DNA of 63,180 nucleotides, filler included, from Octopus bimaculoides (Eukaryota): assembly GCF_001194135.2 (NCBI RefSeq). It is 4 parts of 4 records of this genome, joined end to end, with 100 filler letters (N's around TTAATTAATTAA, not from the genome) between each part and the next. Parts side by side here need not be neighbours in the genome. Positions count along the whole stretch, not along the records: positions 11,991 to 35,700 come from NC_068985.1; 3 more parts are not named here. One strand, given 5' to 3'. Numbering within the stretch: the stretch's first letter is position 1; the number at the start of each line of letters is the position of its first letter. Position numbers and translations under genes: made by a program. The notes below the pieces were generated by a model. That model worked only from the letters and a program-made list of their open reading frames with translations. It did not search any database and was not told the DNA's origin. Below are positions 12,906 to 25,636 of this stretch, one piece after another.

Positions 12906-14550
12906 TAAAATCATCCTCATTAGAAGAGGAATATTCCAAGGAGACTCGCTTTCCCCAGTTTAATCCACACACTAAACAGAAATGGGTGCAGATATAACTG
13001 TATTGGTAATACTCTCAACCATCTCTTGTATATGGTTGATCTCAAGCTGCATACTGCAAATGATAAATAATTGGAAACGTTGCTACATACAGAGCACAGA
13101 TTTAATAATGAAATAAATATGAAATTCGGTTTACAGAAAAGCAGGAAGGACATTTTGGAAAGAGAAAAACTAATTACGAATAATAACATTATAGTAGATA
13201 AAGAAAATGAATCAAGAGTACTAGATAAAACCCAAACTTACTAATACATAGGAATCATTGAATTGGATAGGATACAACTGACGAATTCGATTAGTTCTTA
13301 AAACAGAGCTAAATGCGAATGAACACTTTAGCTATCCCAGTTATAAATTATAGTTACAGTATTCTTTACTAGACGCTAAGCGAACCAGCCAAAATAAATA
13401 TGAAAACAAAAAACAAATGGCGGAATTTAAAATACACCACACAAAATCTAGAACGAATGGAAGGTAGTGGAGGTCTTATATAACTAGAAAACAACTATAA
13501 AATATCCACCATAGGATTACAGACATACTCGATTCAGAACCGAAGAAGACTGATAAAATAGAGCACAAATTGTTTTGTCTTCAAGGAAGCAGAAAAATAC
13601 AAGGAAGAGGCCATTATATCTGATAACTATGAAAAAAACAAGAAGCAACAAAATCTATAATGCAAGTAAAATTTAAGATAAAATGGAATTACTAAATACC
13701 AATATAAAACGATGGGAAGTAAAACACTTTGATGGTAAATACGGGGATAAGTCAAACATAAAGAAATGGAGAAAGTCAAATCCCAGCTCTGGACCAGAGA
13801 CCATCAGAAACACGTAATGAAGTAAAGTTGCAATGAGTAACCACGGGATGTGTGGTGATGGGGTAAGAAACATTAAATCATATTGCCTCTGGTTGCCCAG
13901 TCTAGGTCAAGAAAGGATACATCCACAAATATGACAGAGTTGGGACTTATAAAATCCGTTGTGTCAGCGCTATGGAATGGCAGTAAGAAAAAGATCGTGT
14001 AGGCATATCCTAGATAAGGTGAAAGAAAATGACAAAGAAACCATACTCTTGGATATGTTGTTATATATAGATTGGGAGACAAAGATTAATAGACCAGATA
14101 TTGTTATCAGGGACTCCAAGAAGAAAGCGCCTTCTAATCGACATATCTGTCCTAACACATGAGAATTTATCTTTAAAACAAACGGAGAAACTCTCGAAAT
14201 ACAAACATCTGTGGAAATAAGCCAAAGATCTGTGGAAATAAGCCAAAAGTATATTCATAAGTTTTCATTCTTTGACTATGTATTTGTCTGAAGACAGAAA
14301 CAATCCTTTTAGTAATAGGACCTTTAGGTGTGGTCAATAATCATACAGACAACTGCATAGCCAAAGAACCAAAACTTATGAATATATGTAACATACAGAA
14401 AATAGTACTAATAAGCGTTGCATACATCCTACGTAAAAAATTGTCAATGCAGTAAAAATAACAAAACTAAAACAAAATACACGGAACCAAGGCATACACA
14501 GCTGCTTTTAACAGTGCAGTGAAAGCACGTGATCAATATAAGACTACTGA
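12905..14550 (+). mobile_element. Decayed R4/Dong LINE (RT end, CCHC knuckle, RLE endonuclease), subfamily 2-like
   Basis: Frameshifted and stop-ridden motifs YMVDLKL...MKFGLQK (YMDDLKL...FGLDKC), ETLNHIASGCP, ENDKETILLDM...INRPDIVIRD (RLE PD-D). The 3'UTR resembles the 22251 copy. Both ends abut AAT repeats. Confidence 0.8.
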
Positions 14551-14675
14551 GTAATGATAATAATAATGATGACTTCTTCCATTTATAATAATAATCGATT
14601 ACATTAATAATGATAATCTATTACATCGACTTCTGTATTGCACTGGAAGTTCTTTTATGGACTCCGAAAGAACTA

Positions 14676-14769
14676 ATTCAATGTTGAATTTGAACTGAGA
14701 ACGTCAAGACGGACGAAATACCGCCAAGCATTTTGTCTGGCGTTCTAACAATGCCGCCAGCTCGTTGCC

Positions 14770-14772
<3 letters not shown>
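14676..14772 (-). mobile_element. SINE family B 5' fragment
   Basis: Reverse complement AAGGCAACGAGCTGGCGGCATTGTTAGAACGCC...CAGTTCAAATTC. Directly abuts the (AAT)n array upstream of the crystallin exon. Confidence 0.75.
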
Positions 14773-14808
<36 letters not shown>

Positions 14809-14891
14809 TTGATAATAATAATAATAATAATAATAATAATATTAATGATAATAATAATAATAATAATAATAATAATATTTTATTTCTACAG

Positions 14892-14928
14892 ATGACCATG
14901 GCTGACATGATGTGCTACTGCGCCCTTG
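14892..14928 (+). CDS. S-crystallin (sigma-GST-derived lens crystallin), start of last coding exon; remainder lost in N gap
   Basis: Acceptor TTTTTATTTCTACAG (AG 14890-14891), then ATG ACC ATG GCT GAC ATG ATG TGC TAC TGC GCC CTT G = MTMADMMCYCAL. This matches the cephalopod S-crystallin segment after FFMGDQ, and the phase-0 intron sits at the position expected for sigma-class GST genes. Confidence 0.9.
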
Positions 14929-15528
14929 NNNNNNNNNNNNNNNNNNNNNNNNNNNNNNNNNNNNNNNNNNNNNNNNNNNNNNNNNNNNNNNNNNNNNNNN
15001 NNNNNNNNNNNNNNNNNNNNNNNNNNNNNNNNNNNNNNNNNNNNNNNNNNNNNNNNNNNNNNNNNNNNNNNNNNNNNNNNNNNNNNNNNNNNNNNNNNNN
15101 NNNNNNNNNNNNNNNNNNNNNNNNNNNNNNNNNNNNNNNNNNNNNNNNNNNNNNNNNNNNNNNNNNNNNNNNNNNNNNNNNNNNNNNNNNNNNNNNNNNN
15201 NNNNNNNNNNNNNNNNNNNNNNNNNNNNNNNNNNNNNNNNNNNNNNNNNNNNNNNNNNNNNNNNNNNNNNNNNNNNNNNNNNNNNNNNNNNNNNNNNNNN
15301 NNNNNNNNNNNNNNNNNNNNNNNNNNNNNNNNNNNNNNNNNNNNNNNNNNNNNNNNNNNNNNNNNNNNNNNNNNNNNNNNNNNNNNNNNNNNNNNNNNNN
15401 NNNNNNNNNNNNNNNNNNNNNNNNNNNNNNNNNNNNNNNNNNNNNNNNNNATATCAGACCATGTGAGGTTACATATTGAAAGAGTTCTCACTGTTATTGT
15501 TGTGACAATAACATCTTGAAAAAATATC

Positions 15529-15604
15529 AATAAATCATTTCAATACTTAACTTTTCTTTTCTGGAAATCAAGTTAATCTCAGATTTTAAGAAGCATGAAA
15601 TAAA
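15529..15604 (+). terminator. Candidate polyadenylation signals of the S-crystallin gene
   Basis: AATAAA at 15529-15534 and 15599-15604, each followed by T-rich sequence, just after the gap that hides the rest of the last exon. Confidence 0.5.
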
Positions 15605-18600
15605 TTTGTTTTCTTTAAACATACATATGTTTTTGCTACTGATTTTTCATTCATGTTGCTTTATGCTATTATTTGATAGACAGGATTGTCAATGGGATTA
15701 TTGTTGTTAGAAACGTTAAAATGCTGCTTTTTAAATATGATATCCAGATACGGGGTTTTAATAGTTCAACTCTCAATAACTTTGTCCTAAGGCGACGTTA
15801 AAGCATACTAGTAATATCCTGGGGTTTGTGTTGGGAATATTGTTACTATATAAGGAGGAAATGGGGTTGGCTGGGACTCACTCTACGAAAACCTCTTAGC
15901 CATAATCAGCAACGTGGTGATGTTCAAGATCAACATCAACTATATCGATCTCACAAGTTTCAGAAAGATTATTTATCCTATGGGACAAAACAATTTTCTA
16001 AACAGCTGCTCCTTCATTTTGAAACCTCTAGTACAGAAAAAAAACTCTTTCCAATGGTGACGGAAGCGTGGCATAGTAAAAAAAAATAAAATAAAACATG
16101 GAAATGGCAAACAAAAACTGAAGCACTTGCAAGCGGCTATAACTGGGACAACAATCCATTGGCAAAGATAAAAAATAGAGAGAGATCTCTTGTTAGAGCT
16201 CTACGTTCCGCGTGGATTTAAAGGAATGAATTCTAAGTGGTTTATATGTCGTTGTCAGTCTATAAAATTCATAGCCTTATAAATATTGCTAGTGTGGTGG
16301 AGTGGGAGAACTTTTAAAGCGTTGGCAAGCGTTGCGGTAGTTGTTCTCGCTTTTCATATTTCGAGTTGAATTTCGTTCGAGGTCAACTTTGCTTTTCATC
16401 GTTTCGTGGTTGAAAATTCGAGGTGAGGGTATCGATCTATCCTAGCCGTAACAATTGCTGGCTTTGTTCCTAAATCAGAAATCATAAGAACTGTTGTTTC
16501 TGCAATACGAGAGGGATGACTAAAACAAAGAATAGCAGTCTAAAATGTAGCCTCTGAATGTTAATATTACCATATGTTGTGAGATCAAAACATGTTCAAT
16601 ATAACATTGTTTTCCCTTCGGGTCTTTGCAATAATTTCCTGTTATGTCAAGCCATATTATGCGCCTTGAACCCCATGATGGGGTCATTGAGTTACCATCA
16701 TGATAGGCAGGTATCTTGCACTAATTTTAAGACCAGGTTGAGCCTATCTCTTCCCAGATGTGAACATAGTTAAATTATTCCAGAAGGAGAAAAAGATACT
16801 GACAAAATAAATAAATAAATATTTAAAAAAAAACGAAGACACGATCTCGGTGGAGTGCAACTATATTTATGACACCGAAAGAAAAAAAAGTGCCACGTTG
16901 ACATCCGTGGGATTTCAACCAGAACGATTATCGCAAAACACTTAATACGATGCTATAAGGAGTCTGTCATTTAGTAGCCTTAAATAAGTCTCTTTCATAA
17001 ACTTCAGTCATTTACTGCATGTAAATATCTTTGACTTCGGATAAATGCGGTTTGCAAATGAGAAATATTACTCTACAACAGGTTTGCATGTATTTAAAAC
17101 ATTTTGTATTAGACAAGACAGAACAACTAGCATCAATTCTCTAAATACAGTAGAGGAAAGAATCGCAAACAAATATACTTACAAATAACTACCCGAATAT
17201 CATTAATGCTGTATGGATGAGGTGTGAGCGGTATCAATTCAAGATTAAAATAACAGGTAAGTACACAAGCACAGATAAAGTGATATTAGAAGAATGTCAT
17301 AATGCACCAAAAGAAATGTTATGTTCTATCTAAGAGCATATACCTAACATTGTTATAAAGCAATCTGTTGTTCATATCTCTCAGAGAACATGTATGCATC
17401 TGTGCAAGCAAGTCATATATATATATAAGTAAACCTCTAAATAAATTAAACCATTCAACTCCCAACTATCTAAGAAAATAATTGAGTGACGAAACCCATC
17501 AACATATCCCACGTCGCAAAAGTATACAACATCAATTTCTAAAGCTATTCACCCCAAATTTGTTGTGTCACTTACACAAAGTGCACTGTATACAAACAGA
17601 AACATATTACCCACTGTTTTATCAGTTGGACGCAAATCATTAGCACTTGTACGAACGAAATCTAAGTAAAGAAAGACAATATATAGTGATAAATAACATG
17701 CACATGCAGCTTAGATATATCTTGTTAAACATACAGAATTTTGCACGCCATAGATACTGAAAGTATATCTACAGTGCATGGCAGATATGAGCTCCATTAT
17801 TTATCCTTAATTCAGACTGTGGTGTCATCACGCTTCGAGGAATGCGTTTACGCTTTATCAAACGTCTTGAGTGAAAGGTGCACGAAAATATTTAATCATA
17901 ATCTTACAACTCCGATAGATGCATACACGTTACACTTTGCCATAAATAAAAAGAGAACTCGATCGTAAATTTTCATCATCTGAAGATCCAATATATGCAA
18001 CGAGAATGTTTGATATGGAAGTTTTACACAACGTATTTTCCATAAATATGTCAACTTGATATATGTCTTTACCGCTTCAGCTTGCAATGAACGACTTCTT
18101 AAATCTGAGCTTCCATAAAGTCATAAAGTTTGACATTCTATTAGAAATAGTGCGAAGCCACATAACATGTTTTCTTTTATTTCTGCTTTTTCCAAAGACC
18201 TCAACCACACAGCAAATCGTCAGTATTGATTGATTGAATAGAGTTAATTTGTTTTATAAAATAGCTGTCAGGGTTTGCAAATGGACTCCATGGAAAAAAA
18301 TCAATAAAAATATTAATGTCTGAATTTTGTTTTTGGGGGAGTTTTTTTTTTTTGTACAGTTTGTTGCCTTATTTCGTTTTTTATTCCTTGTTTTATATTT
18401 CCTGAATTGCTTTCTTTGTTTCGTTCCGTTTCCTTTTTTTCCATTTATGTTTTTTTAACCAATTTTCTAAGTTCTCTGTTCGTTCGAGAAAATTAATCAA
18501 AACCGCAAAATTTTGGAAATGCTATCAGGAAGAATTTCAGGATAGTATTTCTTTAAAGGAAGTTCTGTTAACTTTGCTGTGATGGCGCAAACCTCTTAAG

Positions 18601-19039
18601 CAGATAATATCAAATGTCTCACAGAATCACCATCATCACTAACATGAAAAATAGAAGCAACATTGCAGTTCTTCTCACCACCGCAGTTCTTCTCATCACC
18701 GTCGTTTTCGTCATCATCAGCTTCATCCACATCTCCACCGCCATCGTCATCATCACTACCACCGTCACCACTACTATCAACAACACCACCACCACCACCA
18801 TCGCTAACACAAACACTACCCTCGACTTTTTATTAAATGAAATACTAATGAATAAAGAATAAAAAATGTAGCTTTATAAATCAAGTCAGAAATCATCTTT
18901 AATTAAGTAGTAAAAGAATTATTAATGAAGAATGAGCCAATTACTCATCCAATAAAGATACACTAGTTGACAGAAGAGTTTATTACAACGGCGGGTATGA
19001 GGCTTTCTATAAGGGTTCAATATTCATTACCATTTTAAG

Positions 19040-19660
19040 ATGTAGCATAACACTTACCTCCCGAAAATGTTGAACAAGAAAATCATTAACAACCGTCTCA
19101 AACAACACAACTCCCCCTTCATCCAACACTACGACTTCTTTCATGTTGATGTACTCAAGATCCACTTTAATGTTTCAGTCATTGTTGGACCCTTTACTTT
19201 AAAAGATCTAGTTCAAAGAAACGACGTTGTGTTTGCTTGATATCATCTGTACATTCGACCATCTCAGACTCGCGAACCTCTTAGGTATGTTGACTGTTCA
19301 TCCGGATTTAGTCTCTCAGATTACAGCACCCACCTTAGCAATCGTTAATTTAGATTGGGTCAGAATTTCTACAGTGGTGTGAACCATTCTTAAGTTATAA
19401 CCTTCCCACACTTCTAATCCGCAACACTGCTAAGATATTTTTAGTTGATGCTACAACTCTGTACTTCACACAAACCTTCAATACTCATTGGTCATTTGTG
19501 TGCAATCAAGATATCTGATGCCAAAGATTCAATATTTGCATGTGAAAATAGCTCAAGATATTATCCAGCGTACTGGTAGCATGTCGATGTTGTGATATTC
19601 GTTAGCACAAGAACTGTCACTTCACACAGCAAATTACTAATCTTCTTTCCCGCCTTCTAA
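19040..19660 (-). pseudogene. Possible decayed BTB-BACK(-Kelch)-like coding remnant
   Basis: Minus strand in one frame with stops: LLCEVTVLVLTNITTSTCYQYAG*YLELFSHANIESLASDILIAH...RLLRWVL*SERLNPDEQSTYL, with spacing similar to a BACK domain (NC...FI..NF...VLRWV). Ends at a GAG|GTAAGT donor (about 19035). Weak manual alignment. Confidence 0.35.
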
Positions 19661-21007
19661 TCAGAGTAAACATGCAAGCGTTCAATACCAATAGATATAT
19701 TAAGATGTACAATGTTAGATAAACTATACAAGCAAGAAAAAAAAAACACAAAAGAAACAAAAAAAAACAGAGAACACAATTCAGTCCCTCCATTTTCTAA
19801 CAAATCTCAAGTGATATCTATAGACGAATATTGCCCCCGCAATCAGGATGATGATGCTAAAGCATATTAGAATGTGCCCAAAAGTACGTCATTCTACAGA
19901 GAAGCATGTAAACCATCACCAATACAATTTGACCTTCAAGAAACAGTGGCGATCTCATCCATCTAATTTTCTATCTTTTCTGCTTAATGAACTCTCAGAG
20001 CTAGCTGGTTGTGTACAACCTTCATCGACGTCAACTTCAAGCGCTAACTTTTTCGCTTATTGTTATCCATATTGTGCCTTACTCGCAGAACCCACATTCC
20101 CAGTTTTCTTCCCCAAATTTCAGGTAATTTGGGTTCTTTCCTCCATTTACGCTTCACCCGTAATCAGCAACGTGGTGATGTTCAAGATCAATATCTACTA
20201 TATCGATCTCACAAGTTTCAGAAAGATTATTTATCTTATGGGACAAAGCAACTTTCTAAAACAAGCTGCTCCTTCATTTTGATTCCTTTAATGCAACAAA
20301 ATATCTTTTGCTCAAAATTAAACTAAGCATCTATTTTCACAATCCAGCTACAAGTAGACACTTCATCTCCACTTCTGTCTCATTCTCATTATGTATATCA
20401 TGAAATAGACACTCTTCTCCATCTTCTAATTCAATTATCCATTATGATTCTCAACAATTCACAAATCAACTTACAAAAGTTAAAGTTGAAACTAAGGTGC
20501 ATATACTGGGATGTTGTGTAGAAACTTACGCTGTACATTCTTTTCTTTGTAATTAATGCAACAAACTTAAGTAAAAATTTTCAGGCAGTAATCGAAATAT
20601 AGTTCTCCAGAAGCAACATCATTTTAAGGTGCCAATACTACAAAGTCACTAATATATATGTCTAATGTGATTAACAATACATTTTCGTTATTCACTGTAT
20701 GCAAGAAATAGACAAAGGTTTTGAATATTATCATCGTCAGTGATTATCAACTTAATTTAACAGAATTAGTAGGGATCTACACTATATACCTGCAACATCT
20801 TTGCTGTGAACTTTTACATATTCATGTTTTTGAGGGGTCACCGTGGTTCATTGTATTCTTCATCCCTTTGAGTTCAACAACATATACACTGAAGTTTTAA
20901 AATACAAATAATAGGAGCCGACATAGAAGCTGCTATGCAATCGTTCGATCTATTAGGAATACTATTTTGCATTCACATATACTATTCCAAAAATAGTATG
21001 TATAGTT

Positions 21008-21214
21008 TCAAATTTTGGCGTAAGGCCAGCAATTTCGGGGAGGGGTAAGTCGATTACACCAACTCCATTGCTCATCTGGTAATTATTTTATCGACCACGA
21101 AAGGTTGAAAGGAAAAGTCGACCTCGATGGAATTTGAACTCAGGACTTGAAGACGGGTGAAATGCAGCTAAGCATTTTGTCTGTCGTTCTAACGATGTTG
21201 CCAGGTCACTGCCT
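21008..21214 (-). mobile_element. SINE family B, near full length
   Basis: Reverse complement AAGGCAGTGACCTGGCAAC...GAGTTCAAATTCCATCGAGGTCGAC...GCTGGCCTTACGCC. Confidence 0.8.
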
Positions 21215-22212
21215 TAATGAGTAATAAATACTAAACTAGTTCTAATTCCGTGAAAGTCTTATCTGAATTCCATTTATCATAATTTTGTCCTATTTGGGCT
21301 AATCGGCTGCTACCGAGATACAATAAAACCCTAACTAAACAACCAACAAATTATTAATGTTGTTGACATCAACGCTGGAGATCAACTTGAACACATCTCT
21401 ACAAATATACATTAGTTACAATTATTTCTCTAAGGTTTTCTTCTGATCTGCTCATATGCCGATAATTTGTATGTACTACTTTTATTATTATTTAGATTTT
21501 GTTTAAATAATTTTGTACCAACTAAACACTTTGATATTAATTTTAAGTTTTATTAATTATATTTCTAGGATGTAGTCTCTCTTAAACATTCTCACATCAT
21601 ACTTAGAAGGCTTTTGGCTGACATTTGCGAAAGACGAGGCCGTCTTCTTAATCATAGAGCTATGCAGACGCACATTACTGTTCTTTGTTTAAAATACGAT
21701 TGGATACACTATACAGTGTTCACAACTTCGTTAAAAGGAAATACTAGTCAATTACTGAGGTCCACGGTATAAAGTACCATCTGCTTAAAATTGGTGGCCT
21801 TCTGCCGAAATCTGAAGTTATTGTATTTGTATTTTTGTAGCCGTTGATACACTCCTCCTCCTCATTATTATAGGAAAACTCCCAGCTTATTTTGCTAGAT
21901 ATGATGGGAGGTGTCAGCTGTCCACAGCCAGCAGACTAAGGTGACACTTGTTTACTGGTCATGTTTCAGGAATTCTGCGAAGAATTCTTGCAGATAAAAG
22001 CAATACTGATTTTTGTAGGTGTTCTATCTTCACGCCTTCACCAATCTTTTTTCAGCCATGCTGGTAGTTGAATGCTGATACTTCTAAGTGCACCAATTAC
22101 TATTTGTATCACATCTACTCTCGTCATTAACCACAACCTTCGTATTTCACACTACAAATCGTCATAGTTGTTTATTTTTCTTCTTCTTTCACATTGATCC
22201 TGTTTATTATTA

Positions 22213-22250
<38 letters not shown>

Positions 22251-22652
22251 GTTGTTATTGTTCAGTAGTTTTATTTTTATAACGTGCTTTCACTTCACTA
22301 CGAGCGCAGCTCTGTGCGCCTTGGGTATGTGCTGTGGTTTGCTGTGGTGCTCTTATGGTTACTGTATTGAAAGTGTTTTGCGTAGGATGTGTGCAGTGCC
22401 CAGTAGTGCAATTTTCTGTATGTTATATATATTTGTAAGTCTTGGTGTTTTTGTTATGTATTTGTCTGAATATTTTTTTATTATACCTAAGGCACCTACT
22501 ATGATAGGAATTGTTTCTGTGTTTAGATTCCACATTCGAGTTACCTATATTTCCAGGTCTTTGTATTTTGAAAGTTTTTCCATTTCTTTTAGAGAAACGT
22601 TGTCATCTGCTGGTATTGATACATCAATTAGAAAGCATTTTTTTTTTCATGG
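22251..22652 (-). mobile_element. 5'-truncated R4/Dong LINE, subfamily 2 (left copy, cut by gap)
   Basis: Minus strand: KKCFLIDVSIPADDNVSLKEMEKLSKYKDLEI/VTRMWNLNTETIPIIVGALGIIKKYSDKYITKTPRLTNIYNIQKIALLGTAHILRKTLSIQ*. The 3' end is in a (TTA)n array. Confidence 0.9.
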
Positions 22653-22941
22653 NNNNNNNNNNNNNNNNNNNNNNNNNNNNNNNNNNNNNNNNNNNNNNNN
22701 NNNNNNNNNNNNNNNNNNNNNNNNNNNNNNNNNNNNNNNNNNNNNNNNNNNNNNNNNNNNNNNNNNNNNNNNNNNNNNNNNNNNNNNNNNNNNNNNNNNN
22801 NNNNNNNNNNNNNNNNNNNNNNNNNNNNNNNNNNNNNNNNNNNNNNNNNNNNNNNNNNNNNNNNNNNNNNNNNNNNNNNNNNNNNNNNNNNNNNNNNNNN
22901 NNNNNNNNNNNNNNNNNNNNNNNNNNNNNNNNNNNNNNNNN

Positions 22942-22977
<36 letters not shown>

Positions 22978-23392
22978 GTTGTTATTGTTCAGTAGTTTTA
23001 TTTTTATAACGTGCTTTCACTTCACTACGAGCGCAGCTCTGTGCGCCTTGGGTATGTGCTGTGGTTTGCTGTGGTGCTCTTATGGTTACTGTATTGAAAG
23101 TGTTTTGCGTAGGATGTGTGCAGTGCCCAGTAGTGCAATTTTCTGTATGTTATATATATTTGTAAGTCTTGGTGTTTTTGTTATGTATTTGTCTGAATAT
23201 TTTTTTATTATACCTAAGGCACCTACTATGATAGGAATTGTTTCTGTGTTTAGATTCCACATTCGAGTTACCTATATTTCCAGGTCTTTGTATTTTGAAA
23301 GTTTTTCCATTTCTTTTAGAGAAACGTTGTCATCTGCTGGTATTGATACATCAATTAGAAAGCATTTTTTTTTTCATGGTCTATTTGCCTTT
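22978..23392 (-). mobile_element. Same R4/Dong subfamily 2 copy repeated after the gap
   Basis: 22978-23379 appears identical to 22251-22652 (offset 727). Both ends are embedded in (TTA)n. Confidence 0.9.
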
Positions 23393-25590
23393 GTTATTAT
23401 TATTATTATTAATATTATTATTATTATTATTATTATTATTGTATCGCAGAATTTGTTGGATGTTACACAAGAACTTTTATCGCGATATTGAATCACGTCC
23501 ATAAAACTGGAGATGGCCTGCGTTCGAAAGTGTAATATTATTTAGACAACGTGAGAAATAAAATTAAGTATTGCTCAGTGGTGTGAAGTTGCCGACATTT
23601 CGGAGAAGGTCAATACAGTTAGGATAATAGAAGCAAAAAGGTGGGGACGTGAATCTTATTTCCTCAATATTTGAGTGATTGGCAAATGACAGAAGACGCT
23701 GAGAACGCGTGGGTAAATATATTAATTCTCTATATACTTAGCAGATGTTCTTCCTCTTTTTATTCAAGTTTTATTTTCAGTTTCAAATAGATTCTCTTTC
23801 CTACTACTTCCTGTCTAGGTATGTATTTTACGTTGCTTTGCATTCCCTAAGAGTGAGTTCCAGTCATTCATTAACCACTAGGAGGCCTAAAACGCATCGC
23901 TCCTAACTTTTCCCGTTGTTATCTCTACACTATAACTCAGAAACCTCAATTCATTTCTTTTATTTTTACTTTTTTTATATGGTGTGGGTATATAGCCTTT
24001 ATATATATAAACACGCACACACACACACAGATGTATATATGTATATATTATACGTATATCTATGTTTATATATATATATATATATATATATANNNNNNNN
24101 NNNNNNNNNNNNNNNNNNNNNNNNNNNNNNNNNNNNNNNNNNNNNNNNNNNNNNNNNNNNNNNNNNNNNNNNNNNNNNNNNNNNNNNNNNNNNNNNNNNN
24201 NNNNNNNNNNNNNNNNNNNNNNNNNNNNNNNNNNNNNNNNNNNNNNNNNNNNNNNNNNNNNNNNNNNNNNNNNNNNNNNNNNNNNNNNNNNNNNNNNNNN
24301 NNNNNNNNNNNNNNNNNNNNNNNNNNNNNNNNNNNNNNNNNNNNNNNNNNNNNNNNNNNNNNNNNNNNNNNNNNNNNNNNNNNNNNNNNNNNNNNNNNNN
24401 NNNNNNNNNNNNNNNNNNNNNNNNNNNNNNNNNNNNNNNNNNNNNNNNNNNNNNNNNNNNNNNNNNNNNNNNNNNNNNNNNNNNNNNNNNNNNNNNNNNN
24501 NNNNNNNNNNNNNNNNNNNNNNNNNNNNNNNNNNNNNNNNNNNNNNNNNNNNNNNNNNNNNNNNNNNNNNNNNNNNNNNNNNNNNNNNNNNNNNNNNNNN
24601 NNNNNNNNNNNNNNNNNNNNNNNNNNNNNNNNNNNNNNNNNNNNNNNNNNNNNNNNNNNNNNNNNNNNNNNNNTATTTTTGTATAGATTGAAACTCTCAA
24701 TTCTTTTTCTTTCGTTGTGTTTGTATAATTTAATCTATTATTTTCTCTTATATCATCAATGCACTCATTCTTTAGTTCAATAATCTGCTGCAGTGAAAAA
24801 CAATACAGGGATAAACAAATAAACAAACAGGGAAGGAGGAAATTAAAGAATGCCAATAAGATATGGGAATGGTGTGGAGAAAGTTTCTTCTGTGAACAAT
24901 GAACACACACGCGCGCGCATACACACATACATATATACACACACGCGTGGATACACACACACACACACACACACGAAAAAATATCTCTACTACATATGTA
25001 TGAATGTATAAGTGGATATATATGTATAAAATGTGTGTGTATATGTGCGTGTATGTGTATAATTTTATTTGGCTACAAGCTAAAGGAATAACGCAGAACA
25101 TATACACGCACACACACACTCTGTCTCTCTCTATATATACATATAGCTACGTACATATGTAAATATATGTATGTATATATATGTGTGTGTAACTTGAATG
25201 TATTTGGCTATCATGGAGAAGAATTTTTATTTGATTACATTCAAATACACTCACACTGGCACATAGAGAGATAGATAGGTAGATAGATAAGTATGTCTGC
25301 ATTCATTATGTATGTATACTGGTATATGTATGTATGTAAGTATGTAGGCAGTCGGGCAGGGAGGCACGTAGGTAGGTAGGTATCTAGGTAGGTAGGTAGT
25401 TGAGTAATATAATATAATATTATAACAGATATATTATGAGCAATGCCAAACTGAACGTTATAGTTATAAACGAGGAGCCAACATGAGATATATTGATAAG
25501 ATGTGAGAGAAGAGAAATCGTGAGGGCGTTAGAATAAAATATTCTGAGAGTGGAAGAGGAAGCGAGAGAGAGTGAGAGAAAGAGTGAGAG

Positions 25591-25636
<46 letters not shown>

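Noticed and set aside
18614-18862. Thr/Ile-rich 82-aa ORF
   Set aside because: Degenerate (CAT/CAC)n repeat.
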